Virus record (IMG/VR): IMGVR_UViG_3300020045_008142 | Coordinates: 6,372 to 70,371 of that record | Source: a virus | Lineage: Duplodnaviria; Caudoviricetes | Strand: one strand, 5' to 3' | Length of the DNA: 64,000 nucleotides | Part shown: in pieces, positions 1 to 9,433 of the stretch | Numbering within the stretch: position 1 is the stretch's first letter | Layout: the number at the start of each line of letters is the position of its first letter | Notes under the pieces: generated by a model | The model's database searches: none | Told to the model about the DNA's origin: nothing | The model's input: only the letters and a program-made list of their open reading frames with translations | Translations under genes and position numbers: made by a program

Positions 1-2
1 TA

Positions 3-233
3 TCAAAGCCAAAGCATAGCGGTGACGAGGCTACCGCTGTTTACGAGTCATTTACCCATGAAGGCATATCGCTAGAATTGGGCGGCGATAATGTTGTTCG
101 TATTTTGAAAAATAAAAACCAATGGACGGATGACGATATGAAAGAAGCATTTGATTTTCGCCCTGAGTGGCACGAAGACCCTATTGAATTTGAGAATTGG
201 CTAGAGCAATACAAGGCAGGTCGCAATGGCTAG
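3..233 (+). CDS. hypothetical protein, C-terminal part (runs off the left edge)
   Basis: Open frame from base 3 to TAG at 231-233 (SKPKHSGDEATAVY...YKAGRNG); its stop overlaps the next ATG at 226. Confidence 0.55.
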   Translation, partial: SKPKHSGDEATAVYESFTHEGISLELGGDNVVRILKNKNQWTDDDMKEAFDFRPEWHEDPIEFENWLEQYKAGRNG

Positions 234-393
234 ACCACTGATACAAATGGCGTTAGATTCGCTTTATTTTGATAGCAGAAATCATGACATCTTACGAATA
301 AGGGTCTTGCCAACACTTGAATGTCCAACGCTAATTAAAAAGAAAAAGCACTGGGAGCACTTGAATAAAGGTTCGTACAAAGCAAGAAAATAA
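226..393 (+). CDS. small hypothetical protein (55 aa)
   Basis: ATG at 226 overlapping the upstream stop, open to TAA at 391-393 (MARPLIQMALDSL...KARK). Confidence 0.4.
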   Translation: MARPLIQMALDSLYFDSRNHDILRIRVLPTLECPTLIKKKKHWEHLNKGSYKARK

Positions 394-699
394 CTAAATT
401 CCCGTAGCGGAAAATTCACGCCAAAATGGCTAGAGAAAATGCACCATCACCGCAACGGTATCGCGTTAGTTTTTGCGCGTACTGATTGCGCGTGGTTTCA
501 CGATTATTGCGCCAAGGCGGATGCAATCCTATTTATTCAGAAGCGGGTTAAGTTCGTTGACGGCTTAGGTATAACATCGGGCAATGGGGCGGGTAGCGGC
601 TCAATGCTGATTGCTTGGGGTGATGATAATGTAAAGTCATTGGAGCGAATGAAAAACAAAGGCTGGTTTGTTGATAACAGGCTTCTTAGAAACTTATAA
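394..699 (+). pseudogene. C-terminal half of a phage DNA N6-adenine methyltransferase
   Basis: KWLEKMHHHRNGIALVFARTDCAWF...ADAILF...RVKF...GAGSGSMLIAWG matches the C-terminal half of small phage adenine MTases. The expected NPPY position reads LNSRSGK and an in-frame stop lies just upstream at 391-393. Confidence 0.6.
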
Positions 700-720
700 C
701 CGCTTCGGCGGTTTTTTATT
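698..720 (+). terminator. rho-independent terminator
   Basis: aaccgc-ttcg-gcggtt hairpin followed by a T run. Confidence 0.7.
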
Positions 721-740
721 ACCCAAAAACAGGAAAAACA

Positions 741-935
741 ATGATGGGAAAGAGAGTAACAAGACCCGCTGGCGTGACAATAGAATCGCGTCAGCAAAAG
801 CAAAGGCGATTAGCAAAAGAAGCTGAATCAGCGAAAAATAAAACATCGAATATCGTTACCGCCAAAAACTACGATGCCCATGAAGCGCATGACACTGGCA
901 AAGACTACACGCCTATCTATCGGTATCGAAAGTGA
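741..935 (+). CDS. hypothetical protein
   Basis: 64-aa ORF with AGGA RBS; stop overlaps the GTG of the next gene. Confidence 0.6.
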   Translation: MMGKRVTRPAGVTIESRQQKQRRLAKEAESAKNKTSNIVTAKNYDAHEAHDTGKDYTPIYRYRK

Positions 936-1267
936 AAGCCGCCAAATACCACAACAAAATAACCACTATCAAAGGGATTAAGTTTGATAGTGGTCGTGAA
1001 GCGCGGCGATATTCACAACTTCTTTTGATGCAAAAAGCGGGTGAAATATCGAACTTAGAGCGACAAATAACGTTTGAGCTAATACCTAAGCAAAGGCTAT
1101 CTAACGGCAAGTGTGAGCGGTCGTGTAAGTACGTTCTTGATTTTCGCTACACCGACAAAAACGGCACAGTGGTTCACGAGGACTCAAAGGGAATGAGAAC
1201 CCAGACGTATATTGACAAGCGAAAAATGATGAAGTTTTTTCATAATATTGAGATTTTAGAAACATAG
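932..1267 (+). CDS. DUF1064-family PD-(D/E)xK nuclease (putative junction resolvase)
   Basis: KYHNKITTIKGIKFDSGREARRY...LERQITFELIPKQ...YVLDFRY...VHEDSKG pattern typical of DUF1064. Confidence 0.8.
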   Translation: MKAAKYHNKITTIKGIKFDSGREARRYSQLLLMQKAGEISNLERQITFELIPKQRLSNGKCERSCKYVLDFRYTDKNGTVVHEDSKGMRTQTYIDKRKMMKFFHNIEILET

Positions 1268-1274
1268 GTGATTT

Positions 1275-1889
1275 ATGAGTGATAAATTAACAGATGAACA
1301 ATTAATAACAATACGTACGGTTACACGCACAGATGATGTCGCTTCTCGTCATGTGCGAATGATGGCGGCTGAATTACTTGAAATTAGAAAGAAAAGACTA
1401 CTACCCGCTGAGTTAATAGCGCAATGCGAACAGGACAAGATTGATTATCCTGAATTTTGGTGGGAGTTGTGGCAATTCAGGGCGGAAAATGAATGGAAAA
1501 ACTTTAAAGGATTACGCGCTGTGTTTTTTGATGGCGATTTATATCGCAAACACCCGCATCGCAAAAGCATTATTGAGTTTAATGGGTGCAGTGACGATGT
1601 GATTATAAAAAATCACGTTTTGAAACTGGTAGCAACCAGTAGAAATCTTGCTAAAAAACAAGATAAAACGGTCACTGAGTGTTTACAGTTGATAGTTTTA
1701 TCTAAAGCAATCGATGATGCAATCGAGTCGGCGGCTAATGAAATGTTTTTTCAGTTTTGGGCGGAATGCAATAGCCAACAGGCGGCGTTAGATTTAGCTA
1801 ACAACTGGGAGACTGAGAAAGAGTATGTGATTAAACAAATTTTTGACGGCATTGAAAATTATTTCAAGGCGATATTGATTATGGCGTGA
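1275..1889 (+). CDS. hypothetical protein
   Basis: 204-aa ORF with AGGTGA RBS. Confidence 0.75.
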   Translation: MSDKLTDEQLITIRTVTRTDDVASRHVRMMAAELLEIRKKRLLPAELIAQCEQDKIDYPEFWWELWQFRAENEWKNFKGLRAVFFDGDLYRKHPHRKSIIEFNGCSDDVIIKNHVLKLVATSRNLAKKQDKTVTECLQLIVLSKAIDDAIESAANEMFFQFWAECNSQQAALDLANNWETEKEYVIKQIFDGIENYFKAILIMA

Positions 1890-1948
1890 GCGAAGCAGAT
1901 TAATAACAACCAAGCCCCGTGTAATGCGGGGCAATTTGAGGAATTGAG

Positions 1949-2224
1949 ATGGCCGTAAATATCAGCAACCTAAAACAAGGCGACACAATTGCATTCGTCA
2001 ATGGTCTAACCGCCTTGTGTTGCAATGTGATTCACGACAAAGCAGATAAACACGCGTGGCGAGGCGATTATGTTGTGCATTTTTATGTAAATCATCCCGA
2101 TTCACCATGTTTTGAATTTAACTCAAAATACTATTTTGCCGATGGTACATATCGGTCGAATTATGAAGAATGGATGCCGTGCCAGTTTGAGGCGTGGTTT
2201 ATAACTGAAATTAAAGGTAGGTAG
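1949..2224 (+). CDS. hypothetical protein
   Basis: 91-aa ORF with GAGG RBS. Confidence 0.7.
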   Translation: MAVNISNLKQGDTIAFVNGLTALCCNVIHDKADKHAWRGDYVVHFYVNHPDSPCFEFNSKYYFADGTYRSNYEEWMPCQFEAWFITEIKGR

Positions 2225-2227
2225 AGA

Positions 2228-2590
2228 ATGACAATGACGATAACTAAAGAACAAGTAATGACCGCCACTGGCAGTGAGCTTGATGAGTTGGTTGCGTTAG
2301 CGCAGGGGTGGTATAAATCAACTGATAATTGCTTTTGGATGTCAAAACAAGATCAGGACGATGATATTTTAGTCGTTGATTATCACCCAAGCACAACTGG
2401 CACTCAGTGCATGGAAATCATGGAGCGCGAGAAAATAAGCGTTACTTTTGAGTTGGACGGATGCTGGAGTGCTGATAATTACAACATAGAAGACAACACA
2501 CTGGAATCGGTAGCAATGGGCGAAACCGCAATGATTGCAATCTGTCGTTGTTTTATTTTGAGCAAATTGGAGGTGATAAATGGAAACTAA
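2228..2590 (+). CDS. NinX/DUF2591-like (ABA-sandwich) phage protein
   Basis: ELDELVALAQGW...YHPST...IMEREKISV...GETAMIAICRCFILSK pattern. Confidence 0.65.
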   Translation: MTMTITKEQVMTATGSELDELVALAQGWYKSTDNCFWMSKQDQDDDILVVDYHPSTTGTQCMEIMEREKISVTFELDGCWSADNYNIEDNTLESVAMGETAMIAICRCFILSKLEVINGN

Positions 2591-2918
2591 ATGGTATGAA
2601 AACATACCCCAGCAAGGGGTATTGTGTAAAGAATCAGGTACAGGGTTTATTTTTGCGGTATCTCACGAAATGGTTAGTACCGCTCCATCCCTTAAAGATA
2701 TTGATAGATTAACGCCACTAACCGCCGCCGAATGGTGGCAATTCGCGCCTTGGCAGAGCATGAGCAGCGCACCGCGTGATGGTTCATTGCTGTTGATATG
2801 GTGTCTACACGCTTGGCACATTGGGTATTATGACTCAGAAAACGAGTGCTTTGCATCGTGCGAGTTTCTGCTACTTGGTGCTGAAAAATGGCTTCCGCTG
2901 CCAACAGGTGATTTATGA
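2580..2918 (+). CDS. DUF551-like phage protein
   Basis: WQSMSSAPRDGSLLLIW...WLPLP resembles the WQPIETAPKDG...HWMPLP motif. Confidence 0.55.
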   Translation: METKWYENIPQQGVLCKESGTGFIFAVSHEMVSTAPSLKDIDRLTPLTAAEWWQFAPWQSMSSAPRDGSLLLIWCLHAWHIGYYDSENECFASCEFLLLGAEKWLPLPTGDL

Positions 2919-2925
2919 GCATTAT

Positions 2926-2955
2926 TAGGTCGCATAATTTAGTTTGTGCGACCTA
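2926..2955. terminator. hairpin between convergent early and late operons
   Basis: taggtcgcata...tgtgcgaccta inverted repeat. Confidence 0.5.
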
Positions 2956-3060
2956 GTTTAAATGTCATTAATGCGGGGGTTTGGTGGGTTTTTCTTTCTT
3001 GACTGCAATTACAATGGCGTGGTTATTTTTGTTACTGTGTTAAAGTCCATTGTTTAAGCC

Positions 3061-4368
3061 TTATGGATTATATAGATTATTTACTTTATTGTTTCCGTAA
3101 CAAGCTGTTAGTAGCACACCACCACTATAAATTGACTGCCTAGGGTCTGTAAATCCACTAGGTAGAGCAACCACATTGTCAATACTTCCATCTACATTCA
3201 TGTAAGTGATAGTATTACCCACATTTATAGCGAGTTTATTGATTTCTGGTATGTAGAGAATGTGTCTACAACCTGTTAGTGTATATGTTGCCTCAATAGT
3301 TAGAGTCGTTTTATTGATTTTCTTGATAGCATTGCTGCCGCTCGCAAAGATATAAGTCGGACTAAAAGCGAGATGAGAACACGCAGCACTTATTTGAGTT
3401 TTAGAGGTATTATCTAGTGTAGCACGAGTAAAGCTACTCATGAGCGGCTCAGTTGCCCATACATATCCGCTATCAATATAGACGTTATACCCTTCTGGGT
3501 ATCTGTTTTGCTGACCGCTTGGGGTATTTAACTGCTGAAAACTGATAATATTCAAATTGCGATCAACTTTACACAGTCGCTGTCCAACACTTACTTCCCA
3601 GCTATAATAGTGTAAGGTATTAGTCCATAAAAATTCACCATCGAAGGCTAAGCCAACAGGACCTGCACCGTTACTTAAGTAATTGAGACCTATTGTGTCA
3701 ACACCTGTTGTTAAATTAACTTTATGTAATCCATTAGAACCACTAGACCCATTTGACGCTGACGCATAATAAACATAACCTGCATCGTAAACCAGCATGC
3801 TGGTTTCATGACTATTATTAGAGTAATTAGTAATAACTCCAGTTGTTTTGTTAAATCTGTAAAAGCCCCCATTCCTACTCCCTGTATCTGGGTTATTTTG
3901 CAGTCCAATATAGTAATTCCCCTCTGCTTCGATAATAGTAGTTGGTCGTAAAGCAAAGGTTGGTTGTGTACCTGAGGTTGTATCTGTAACTCTAAAATCA
4001 CCATCATATAAAGTCCCCGCCGTGGCTACTACTGTTCCACTAATACTACCCGTGCGTAACTGAACCCTAAAATACTCATTCCCCTCTGATAACGAATCGG
4101 TAACTGGAGCAACGTCAAAGAATGAAGCGTTAGCAGTAATCACGCACGAACCACTGACTGCTGTAAAGTCATCTATTCCGTGAGTTGTTATATCTAAAAT
4201 CGTCCAGTACAGTGTTGTACCGTCTGGGACATTAGTTGTCGCTACATTCCAGCGCGTACTACTACCTTCATCTACTGCTACGGGTTCGCCGTCATGCAAT
4301 AGCGCGTAAGTTGGCTCTATATTTCTGTACGCGGTCACTACACCCCATCTTAGCCCTCTAGTTCTCAC
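3061..4368 (-). CDS. putative virion fibre/appendage protein (Calx-beta-like module plus beta-propeller-like repeats)
   Basis: Likely GTG start at 4368, directly after the upstream stop. VDEGSSTRWNVATTNVPDGTTLYWTI...FRVQLRTGSISGTVVAT module, then beta-rich repeats. Confidence 0.55.
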   Translation of the reverse strand: MRTRGLRWGVVTAYRNIEPTYALLHDGEPVAVDEGSSTRWNVATTNVPDGTTLYWTILDITTHGIDDFTAVSGSCVITANASFFDVAPVTDSLSEGNEYFRVQLRTGSISGTVVATAGTLYDGDFRVTDTTSGTQPTFALRPTTIIEAEGNYYIGLQNNPDTGSRNGGFYRFNKTTGVITNYSNNSHETSMLVYDAGYVYYASASNGSSGSNGLHKVNLTTGVDTIGLNYLSNGAGPVGLAFDGEFLWTNTLHYYSWEVSVGQRLCKVDRNLNIISFQQLNTPSGQQNRYPEGYNVYIDSGYVWATEPLMSSFTRATLDNTSKTQISAACSHLAFSPTYIFASGSNAIKKINKTTLTIEATYTLTGCRHILYIPEINKLAINVGNTITYMNVDGSIDNVVALPSGFTDPRQSIYSGGVLLTACYGNNKVNNLYNP

Positions 4369-4369
4369 G

Positions 4370-4894
4370 CTAAATCTCCGTAGACCAATGGCAAGCCCAC
4401 GTTGCACCGCTATCAATGGTTGATGCGGTGATAATACTGGTTTTGTTGGCAAGCGTGTTTAGCACCATTGCATCATTCATAATCTTAAAAGACGCTGGTA
4501 TCGCTATCGTGCGTCCGCCCGTAGCATTTTGCGTTAGTGTTAGCGTAAAGCTGCACATCACGCCACTAGGCACATTCGTCAATAATAAGCTGGTAATGTT
4601 TTGATTATGGGCAGTGACAAAATTATTAATGCCACTACAATCAAGCGTTAAAACGCCAGCAACTATTTCAGGTGTGGTAAATGACGATAATGATGCTATT
4701 AGGGATGTTAAAAAATTAGTTATACTGAGTTTTAAATTTAAAGCGGTTAATTGCGGTGTTGAAACTGGCAGGCTATCGAGCGTTACTTTTTTCGTTGTGC
4801 CATTAACACCATCGGCGGTGTCAGATACATCTAAAATAAGAGCAATATCACTGCCTGTAGGCGTTGCGTCTAAGTAGTCCTGATATTGCCCCAT
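4370..4894 (-). CDS. putative fibre-associated structural protein
   Basis: TTKKVTL...LTLTQNATGGRTIAIPASFK motif common in phage fibre proteins. Confidence 0.55.
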   Translation of the reverse strand: MGQYQDYLDATPTGSDIALILDVSDTADGVNGTTKKVTLDSLPVSTPQLTALNLKLSITNFLTSLIASLSSFTTPEIVAGVLTLDCSGINNFVTAHNQNITSLLLTNVPSGVMCSFTLTLTQNATGGRTIAIPASFKIMNDAMVLNTLANKTSIITASTIDSGATWACHWSTEI

Positions 4895-4899
4895 AATAA

Positions 4900-5100
4900 T
4901 TACTCTTTAGGTGTTTTAGGTGGTTTAACGGGTTCTTCTGGCGCAACATCGAGCAAGGTGTAGCCCTCTACGCCCTCAAAATAAGCCGCCGTTTCTTCGT
5001 CAACAGGTACGGACAACATACCCTGTTTATGCCGCGCAAACTCAATGCCATTGATTAAGGTTGAGGCGTTTGGTAACTCGCAATATATCTGTTTTTTCAT
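4900..5100 (-). CDS. small hypothetical protein downstream of the capsid gene
   Basis: 66-aa ORF co-oriented in the head operon. Confidence 0.6.
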   Translation of the reverse strand: MKKQIYCELPNASTLINGIEFARHKQGMLSVPVDEETAAYFEGVEGYTLLDVAPEEPVKPPKTPKE

Positions 5101-5152
5101 ATTTTTCTCAAAAAAAATGGGCAGGCGTGAACCTACCCATTATTAGCAGTCG

Positions 5153-6538
5153 CTAGGCAAAAGGTTTCCAAGTCGCGCCGTTTGGAACGATGTTTTTAAT
5201 AAGAACATGACGTTGACGAATACCGACACGCAAATAACCAGACATGAACTGCGCCCATGTTTTAGCCAGTTGGTTTGATACTGCCAAGTCATAACGTGAC
5301 ATTGGGATTAATGTTTGCCAAGTAATTGGCTTAGTGCCATTTAAGCCTAAATCGAGAATATAAGCCGAAGTTGTGCCGGGTATGTCAGTGTTTAAATCAA
5401 CATAAGTAGTCGTAGCACCTGCCACGGGAATACGAGTCATTTCACGCAAATCAGCTAATGCAGAAGTGCCATTTTTACGACTACGATAAATCACATAACC
5501 CGTTTCTAACGCACCCGCTGAACGTGTAATAGTCAATGTGACTTTGTTACCAGTCGCAACCGCTGTTTGTGCTGATAGCGTACCAACCGATTGACCTTTA
5601 TCATTAACACCAGCAACCAAATAGTAATAATTGCCTGTGTTAGTGCCAAATTTAGCGGCAGCATCAGCGGCAGCAACACACGTTACCGATACAGGTGCAA
5701 ACGCATTAGCGGCGGCAACGGCAGGGTAAGCCACTTCAAACGGCACTTTTTCGCGCTCATCACGAATAAATAAATCTTGGTTAGTGCTGATTTTGCCAAA
5801 GCTAGTATTGATAGCATCCATGACCACGCCGCTTTTAACATTGGTCGCGTTGTCGGTTAGCAAGATACGGCTTGCAGGGTTTAAAGCATCGTTCAGGTCT
5901 TTAGTGACCGCATAACCCGCGAAAATATCAGAAGCCATACCCTTGCCGCGATAAGCAATAACTTCGGCAGCTTGTGAGATAACATCAATGCTTTCTAATG
6001 CCGAACCTTGCATATCAATGACATGATCCGCTGAACCAAGCGATTTTATTTGCTTAGCAACACCATCAAATTCATACGGGCAAACAGTTGAATCGCCTTC
6101 AAATAACAAATGCTCAACATCACCCATTAACTGCAATGCGCCGTTTTGAACTTCGGCAGCTTCCAGTTGAATAATGCTGTTTTGTGCTTGACCAATAACG
6201 GAAACCTGACGGCGCGTCATTAAATGCTTGACCATGCCAGTCATACGCGCATAACTACCCGTAGAATCGGAAATGATACCCATTTCAGCGTTAGCCGAAC
6301 CACCACGGAAACCACCGACAGAGGATTGTTCAGTCCATTCATCTACGGTTGCAGTGCAAGTTCCTTTGGGTACTTTGTTGTAAAGTGCAAAATGAGTATT
6401 GTTATACAACAAACTCATAATTGTGTGTTCTAGCGACTGGATGCGTAACGCACCACCGCCTGTTAAAGTTGCGGAATCTGTACCGTAACCCGCTTGCAAT
6501 GCTTTTTGTAAAGCTGCAATTTCATCGTTCGCGCTCAT
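5153..6538 (-). CDS. major capsid protein, SPO1/A511/Twort-like
   Basis: KALQAGYGTD...GGALRIQSL...EHLLFEGDS...EFDGVAKQI...VIDMQG parallels Herelleviridae Cps (KSFTTGYG...GALRRE...FFGDS...EFDGLAKLI); 461 aa; follows protease and scaffold. Confidence 0.85.
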   Translation of the reverse strand: MSANDEIAALQKALQAGYGTDSATLTGGGALRIQSLEHTIMSLLYNNTHFALYNKVPKGTCTATVDEWTEQSSVGGFRGGSANAEMGIISDSTGSYARMTGMVKHLMTRRQVSVIGQAQNSIIQLEAAEVQNGALQLMGDVEHLLFEGDSTVCPYEFDGVAKQIKSLGSADHVIDMQGSALESIDVISQAAEVIAYRGKGMASDIFAGYAVTKDLNDALNPASRILLTDNATNVKSGVVMDAINTSFGKISTNQDLFIRDEREKVPFEVAYPAVAAANAFAPVSVTCVAAADAAAKFGTNTGNYYYLVAGVNDKGQSVGTLSAQTAVATGNKVTLTITRSAGALETGYVIYRSRKNGTSALADLREMTRIPVAGATTTYVDLNTDIPGTTSAYILDLGLNGTKPITWQTLIPMSRYDLAVSNQLAKTWAQFMSGYLRVGIRQRHVLIKNIVPNGATWKPFA

Positions 6539-6550
6539 ATTTTATAGCCT

Positions 6551-7096
6551 TTAGGATTGAGTAATTTTGTTGCGTAAATCATCGGAAATGACATCAGGGT
6601 TAAAATGCGATACTTCCAGTTGCGCGACTTCTTGTGATGACAGCTTGCCTGTGTGTAGCATTCGTAATGATTTAGCCATGAAATCTTGTGGCTGTAATGA
6701 CTTGACCATAGCTACCGATTGACGACCTGAACCGCTTTTGCGTAAAGCCATCACATCATCTTGCAAGGATTTAACCAGCTCATACACACCGCCTAACGCG
6801 CCTTGTGTTTTTCGTAGTTCATCTTTAACGGCTTGGTAATCGTCTTGCTGGCTTTCAAGCTGCATGGTTAGCGATTTAATTAATGCCGTACCATCTACCG
6901 CTTCGGCTTCTTGACCGTTGGCTAACGTGACACCGAACGATTTACCGAACATATCGCCCGTTTCTTCGTCTTCGTCATCTTCGTCATCTTCGTCATCTTC
7001 ATAATCATCATCTTCGTCATTATCGCCATCGCCTTTTTTGGCTTGTGATGCGGCAATTGACTTTAATAAATCCTCAAATTCATCATTATCTGGCAT
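6551..7096 (-). CDS. putative scaffolding protein
   Basis: Highly acidic N-terminus, coiled coil and many KS motifs; lies between protease and capsid genes. Confidence 0.6.
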   Translation of the reverse strand: MPDNDEFEDLLKSIAASQAKKGDGDNDEDDDYEDDEDDEDDEDEETGDMFGKSFGVTLANGQEAEAVDGTALIKSLTMQLESQQDDYQAVKDELRKTQGALGGVYELVKSLQDDVMALRKSGSGRQSVAMVKSLQPQDFMAKSLRMLHTGKLSSQEVAQLEVSHFNPDVISDDLRNKITQS

Positions 7097-7943
7097 TGTT
7101 TTTCCTGCTGTGTGTGGTTAAATCGGTTAAAAATTGATTGGTAAATTGCTGTGCATCATCATCACAAAGCCCAAAGGTTTTCATGATGTAGGGCGTGATA
7201 TTGCGTGGATTTAATGCGCCGCTATTCAATTGTTTAGCAACGTGATTGCGGGTATTCTGATAAAGCGACTGGACTCTTAACGCTGCGCCGCCTGTGAGTT
7301 GCGTGGAGTCTGTGCCGTAACCTGCTTCTAGGGCTTTTGACATAACAAAGCCGTTTAAGCTTTTGGCAAACACACCCACGGCAACCTTTGAAACTTCGGG
7401 AACGGTAGAATTAACAGGGCAACGATCAAGCGCAACATTGTTCCAGCGCACTTTGTCAACAACGGCTATTTTTTGCCCTTCTGGCGTTGTTTGAATGGAT
7501 TTTGATAGCACTGAACCACCCACAGACGGATACCAGCGACTAGGCGGGTTTTGCTTAGTCAGTGATTCCCAAACCATATTGGCATTCTTTGCCATTGGCG
7601 AATCGCCCGTATAAAGCTCAGCTTTAACAAAGGTTTTTGAACCATTTACCTGCACTTCGATAGGCTTGCCTATTTCATATTCCATGAAGTTAGACACGCC
7701 TGATTTAGCCCCTAAAATCGAATAATGGGATAAATCAATATTGCCGTGGCGTAGGTAATAATCAGCCGATTCACTCAATGCTTTTTGCAAAATAACCTCA
7801 TTCTGCAAGTCCACATCTTCGTTAGATGCTTCAAAATACAATAACCGCCGACCGTTATCTTCTTGTGGTGTAGCCTTTAATAGACCACCTACAGCGATAT
7901 AATCAGGGACTTGTGATAATAGTTGTTGATTCTGTGTTTCCAT
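7086..7943 (-). CDS. prohead protease
   Basis: LYFEASNEDVDLQNE...GNIDLSH...IGKP...FVKAELY...SVGG...VALDRCPVN pattern; position before scaffold and capsid. Confidence 0.75.
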   Translation of the reverse strand: METQNQQLLSQVPDYIAVGGLLKATPQEDNGRRLLYFEASNEDVDLQNEVILQKALSESADYYLRHGNIDLSHYSILGAKSGVSNFMEYEIGKPIEVQVNGSKTFVKAELYTGDSPMAKNANMVWESLTKQNPPSRWYPSVGGSVLSKSIQTTPEGQKIAVVDKVRWNNVALDRCPVNSTVPEVSKVAVGVFAKSLNGFVMSKALEAGYGTDSTQLTGGAALRVQSLYQNTRNHVAKQLNSGALNPRNITPYIMKTFGLCDDDAQQFTNQFLTDLTTHSRKNNAR

Positions 7944-7949
7944 GACTTA

Positions 7950-7964
7950 ATCATGATGTCACGA
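7950..7964 (-). promoter_or_regulatory. late promoter motif TCGTGACA-T-CATGAT
   Basis: One of nine exact TCGTGACA copies, each followed after 1 nt by a nAnnnT hexamer; 6 nt from the ATG at 7943. Confidence 0.75.
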
Positions 7965-8044
7965 CAGAATTTAGGGTAAAAAAAAGCCCTGATTGACAGG
8001 GCTTTTATAGGATGGTGTAGCGTGGTTTTGGTGGGTTTTTACCA

Positions 8045-8088
8045 AAAATCCCGTAAAGCCACTTCCTTTAGGCAGTGGAGGATGTCAA
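8045..8088 (+). mobile_element. IS200/IS605-like right-end remnant (no tnpA or tnpB)
   Basis: AAAGCCACTTCCTTTAGGCAGTGGAGGATGTCAA: subterminal hairpin ending in TCAA, resembling IS605/IS1341-type ends; supplies the stop of the 8085-8270 ORF. Confidence 0.5.
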
Positions 8089-8270
8089 GAGAAAAATCCA
8101 AATAGCGAAGTAAATCCACCGCTATTCTTTAGTTGATAACCGCTTTTTTGCTCTACAGTTCCGCTGTTTGTGATAATGAAATCAACGCACTCACGCAAAA
8201 AATCATTGGGCAAGCGCGTTTCATTTGCCTTGTTATTAATGCCTTTAAAATTTGATAGTGTGATTGCCAT
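8085..8270 (-). pseudogene. truncated N-terminus of a larger virion protein
   Basis: MAITLSNFKGINN...LPNDFLREC...GTVEQKSGY resembles N-termini of much longer phage structural proteins; ends exactly at the IS-like end. Confidence 0.4.
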
Positions 8271-8313
8271 GGCAGATTACTCAGTATTATGCTGTTCCAT
8301 AAAATGTCACTAC

Positions 8314-9231
8314 CTACGACATTTCAGCATCTAACGATAAAGTTACCACTACACCAGTGGTCTGATATGCAATTAAAGTATCTTTTGTAGTTTCAGTAGA
8401 TGAAAAACCAACACCGCCCCCCGATATAGCAGGAATCACTCTCATTCCTATTAAATTTGAGCTTCTCGAAGTGGCAGCAGGAATATAGAAAGCTTCTTTT
8501 CTAAAATAGCGTTTACATAATGATTCAATCTCTCCGATGTTACGTTGCTCGAACTCAGTAGCAACCGAACCATTTTCAAGCTGAACACCTGTTACACCAA
8601 AAACTCCAGTTGTACAGTTAGTTACAGATACTCTAATTCTTGCCCCATTTTTAATATCAGCGTGTGGATTTGAGTATGTCAATGTAGCTGTATACCAGCC
8701 GTTCCCTGCGTGTGAAAAAACAGTGCTTGTGCGATTTGTCACCGCCGAAAAAACATTATCTGTATTTGCAGTATCAATATTGATAGTAAAATCTTTTGCT
8801 ACATTAGAAAAAAGTCTTATAGACAACGTTATTGCATTGCTACCTCTAAAATTTGCTGAATTTGCAGATTCAATATTTTGCAATAATGTCACTTCTGTAT
8901 TTGATGTAACGCCATTCCATGCTGCACAAAAAGGATGCTTAGCACCATCACCACTGCTTTTAAAAATAGCAGTAGCCGCACCCGTCTGATAAGAATACCA
9001 GCGGTCTGACACATAACTTGTTAGAGAACCAAGCGGCGGCGTTATTGATTCGCCACGCTGCCAAACATCAAAACTACCATTAATAATTCTGTTTCTACCA
9101 GCAATATCTGAAAGCCCTGCAACTGTAATAGATTTATCTGGAAAAATTATTTCTCGTGTAGCAGTTGATGAAGTTTTTAGTGTTGTTGATACACCGACAC
9201 TATCGCCCGTGTGATTTAAATTTATACCCAT
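8314..9231 (-). CDS. fibre-related protein with carbohydrate-binding-like domain
   Basis: RNRIINGSFDVWQRG...DRW...GVQLENGSVATEFEQRNIGEIESLCKRYF is a widespread tail-fibre-associated domain. Confidence 0.65.
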   Translation of the reverse strand: MGINLNHTGDSVGVSTTLKTSSTATREIIFPDKSITVAGLSDIAGRNRIINGSFDVWQRGESITPPLGSLTSYVSDRWYSYQTGAATAIFKSSGDGAKHPFCAAWNGVTSNTEVTLLQNIESANSANFRGSNAITLSIRLFSNVAKDFTINIDTANTDNVFSAVTNRTSTVFSHAGNGWYTATLTYSNPHADIKNGARIRVSVTNCTTGVFGVTGVQLENGSVATEFEQRNIGEIESLCKRYFRKEAFYIPAATSRSSNLIGMRVIPAISGGGVGFSSTETTKDTLIAYQTTGVVVTLSLDAEMS

Positions 9232-9244
9232 AATTATTCTACAC

Positions 9245-9433
9245 TTAGTTAAAGGATAGATTAGTAAAAAACCGTCTAAACGTGCCAGCAGATGTTACGT
9301 TTCTATGAAAGTCACAATGAGGAAACCTAAATTTCTGAGAAGTTCCGCCTGTCAATATTGGTAGCGATGTAACAGATATTGCTACTTTACCTGATAACCA
9401 CGTTATTAAGTTATTAGTATGGTCTATATTCAT
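9245..9433 (-). CDS. small hypothetical protein
   Basis: ATGA overlap with the upstream gene. Confidence 0.35.
   Translation of the reverse strand: MNIDHTNNLITWLSGKVAISVTSLPILTGGTSQKFRFPHCDFHRNVTSAGTFRRFFTNLSFN

Noticed and set aside
3061-4452. ORF-track start at 4452
   Set aside because: Overlaps the upstream gene by 83 bp; GTG at 4368 right after the upstream stop is more plausible.
6955-7025. Tandem 9-bp GAAGATGAC-like repeats
   Set aside because: Explained by the acidic low-complexity tract of the scaffold protein.
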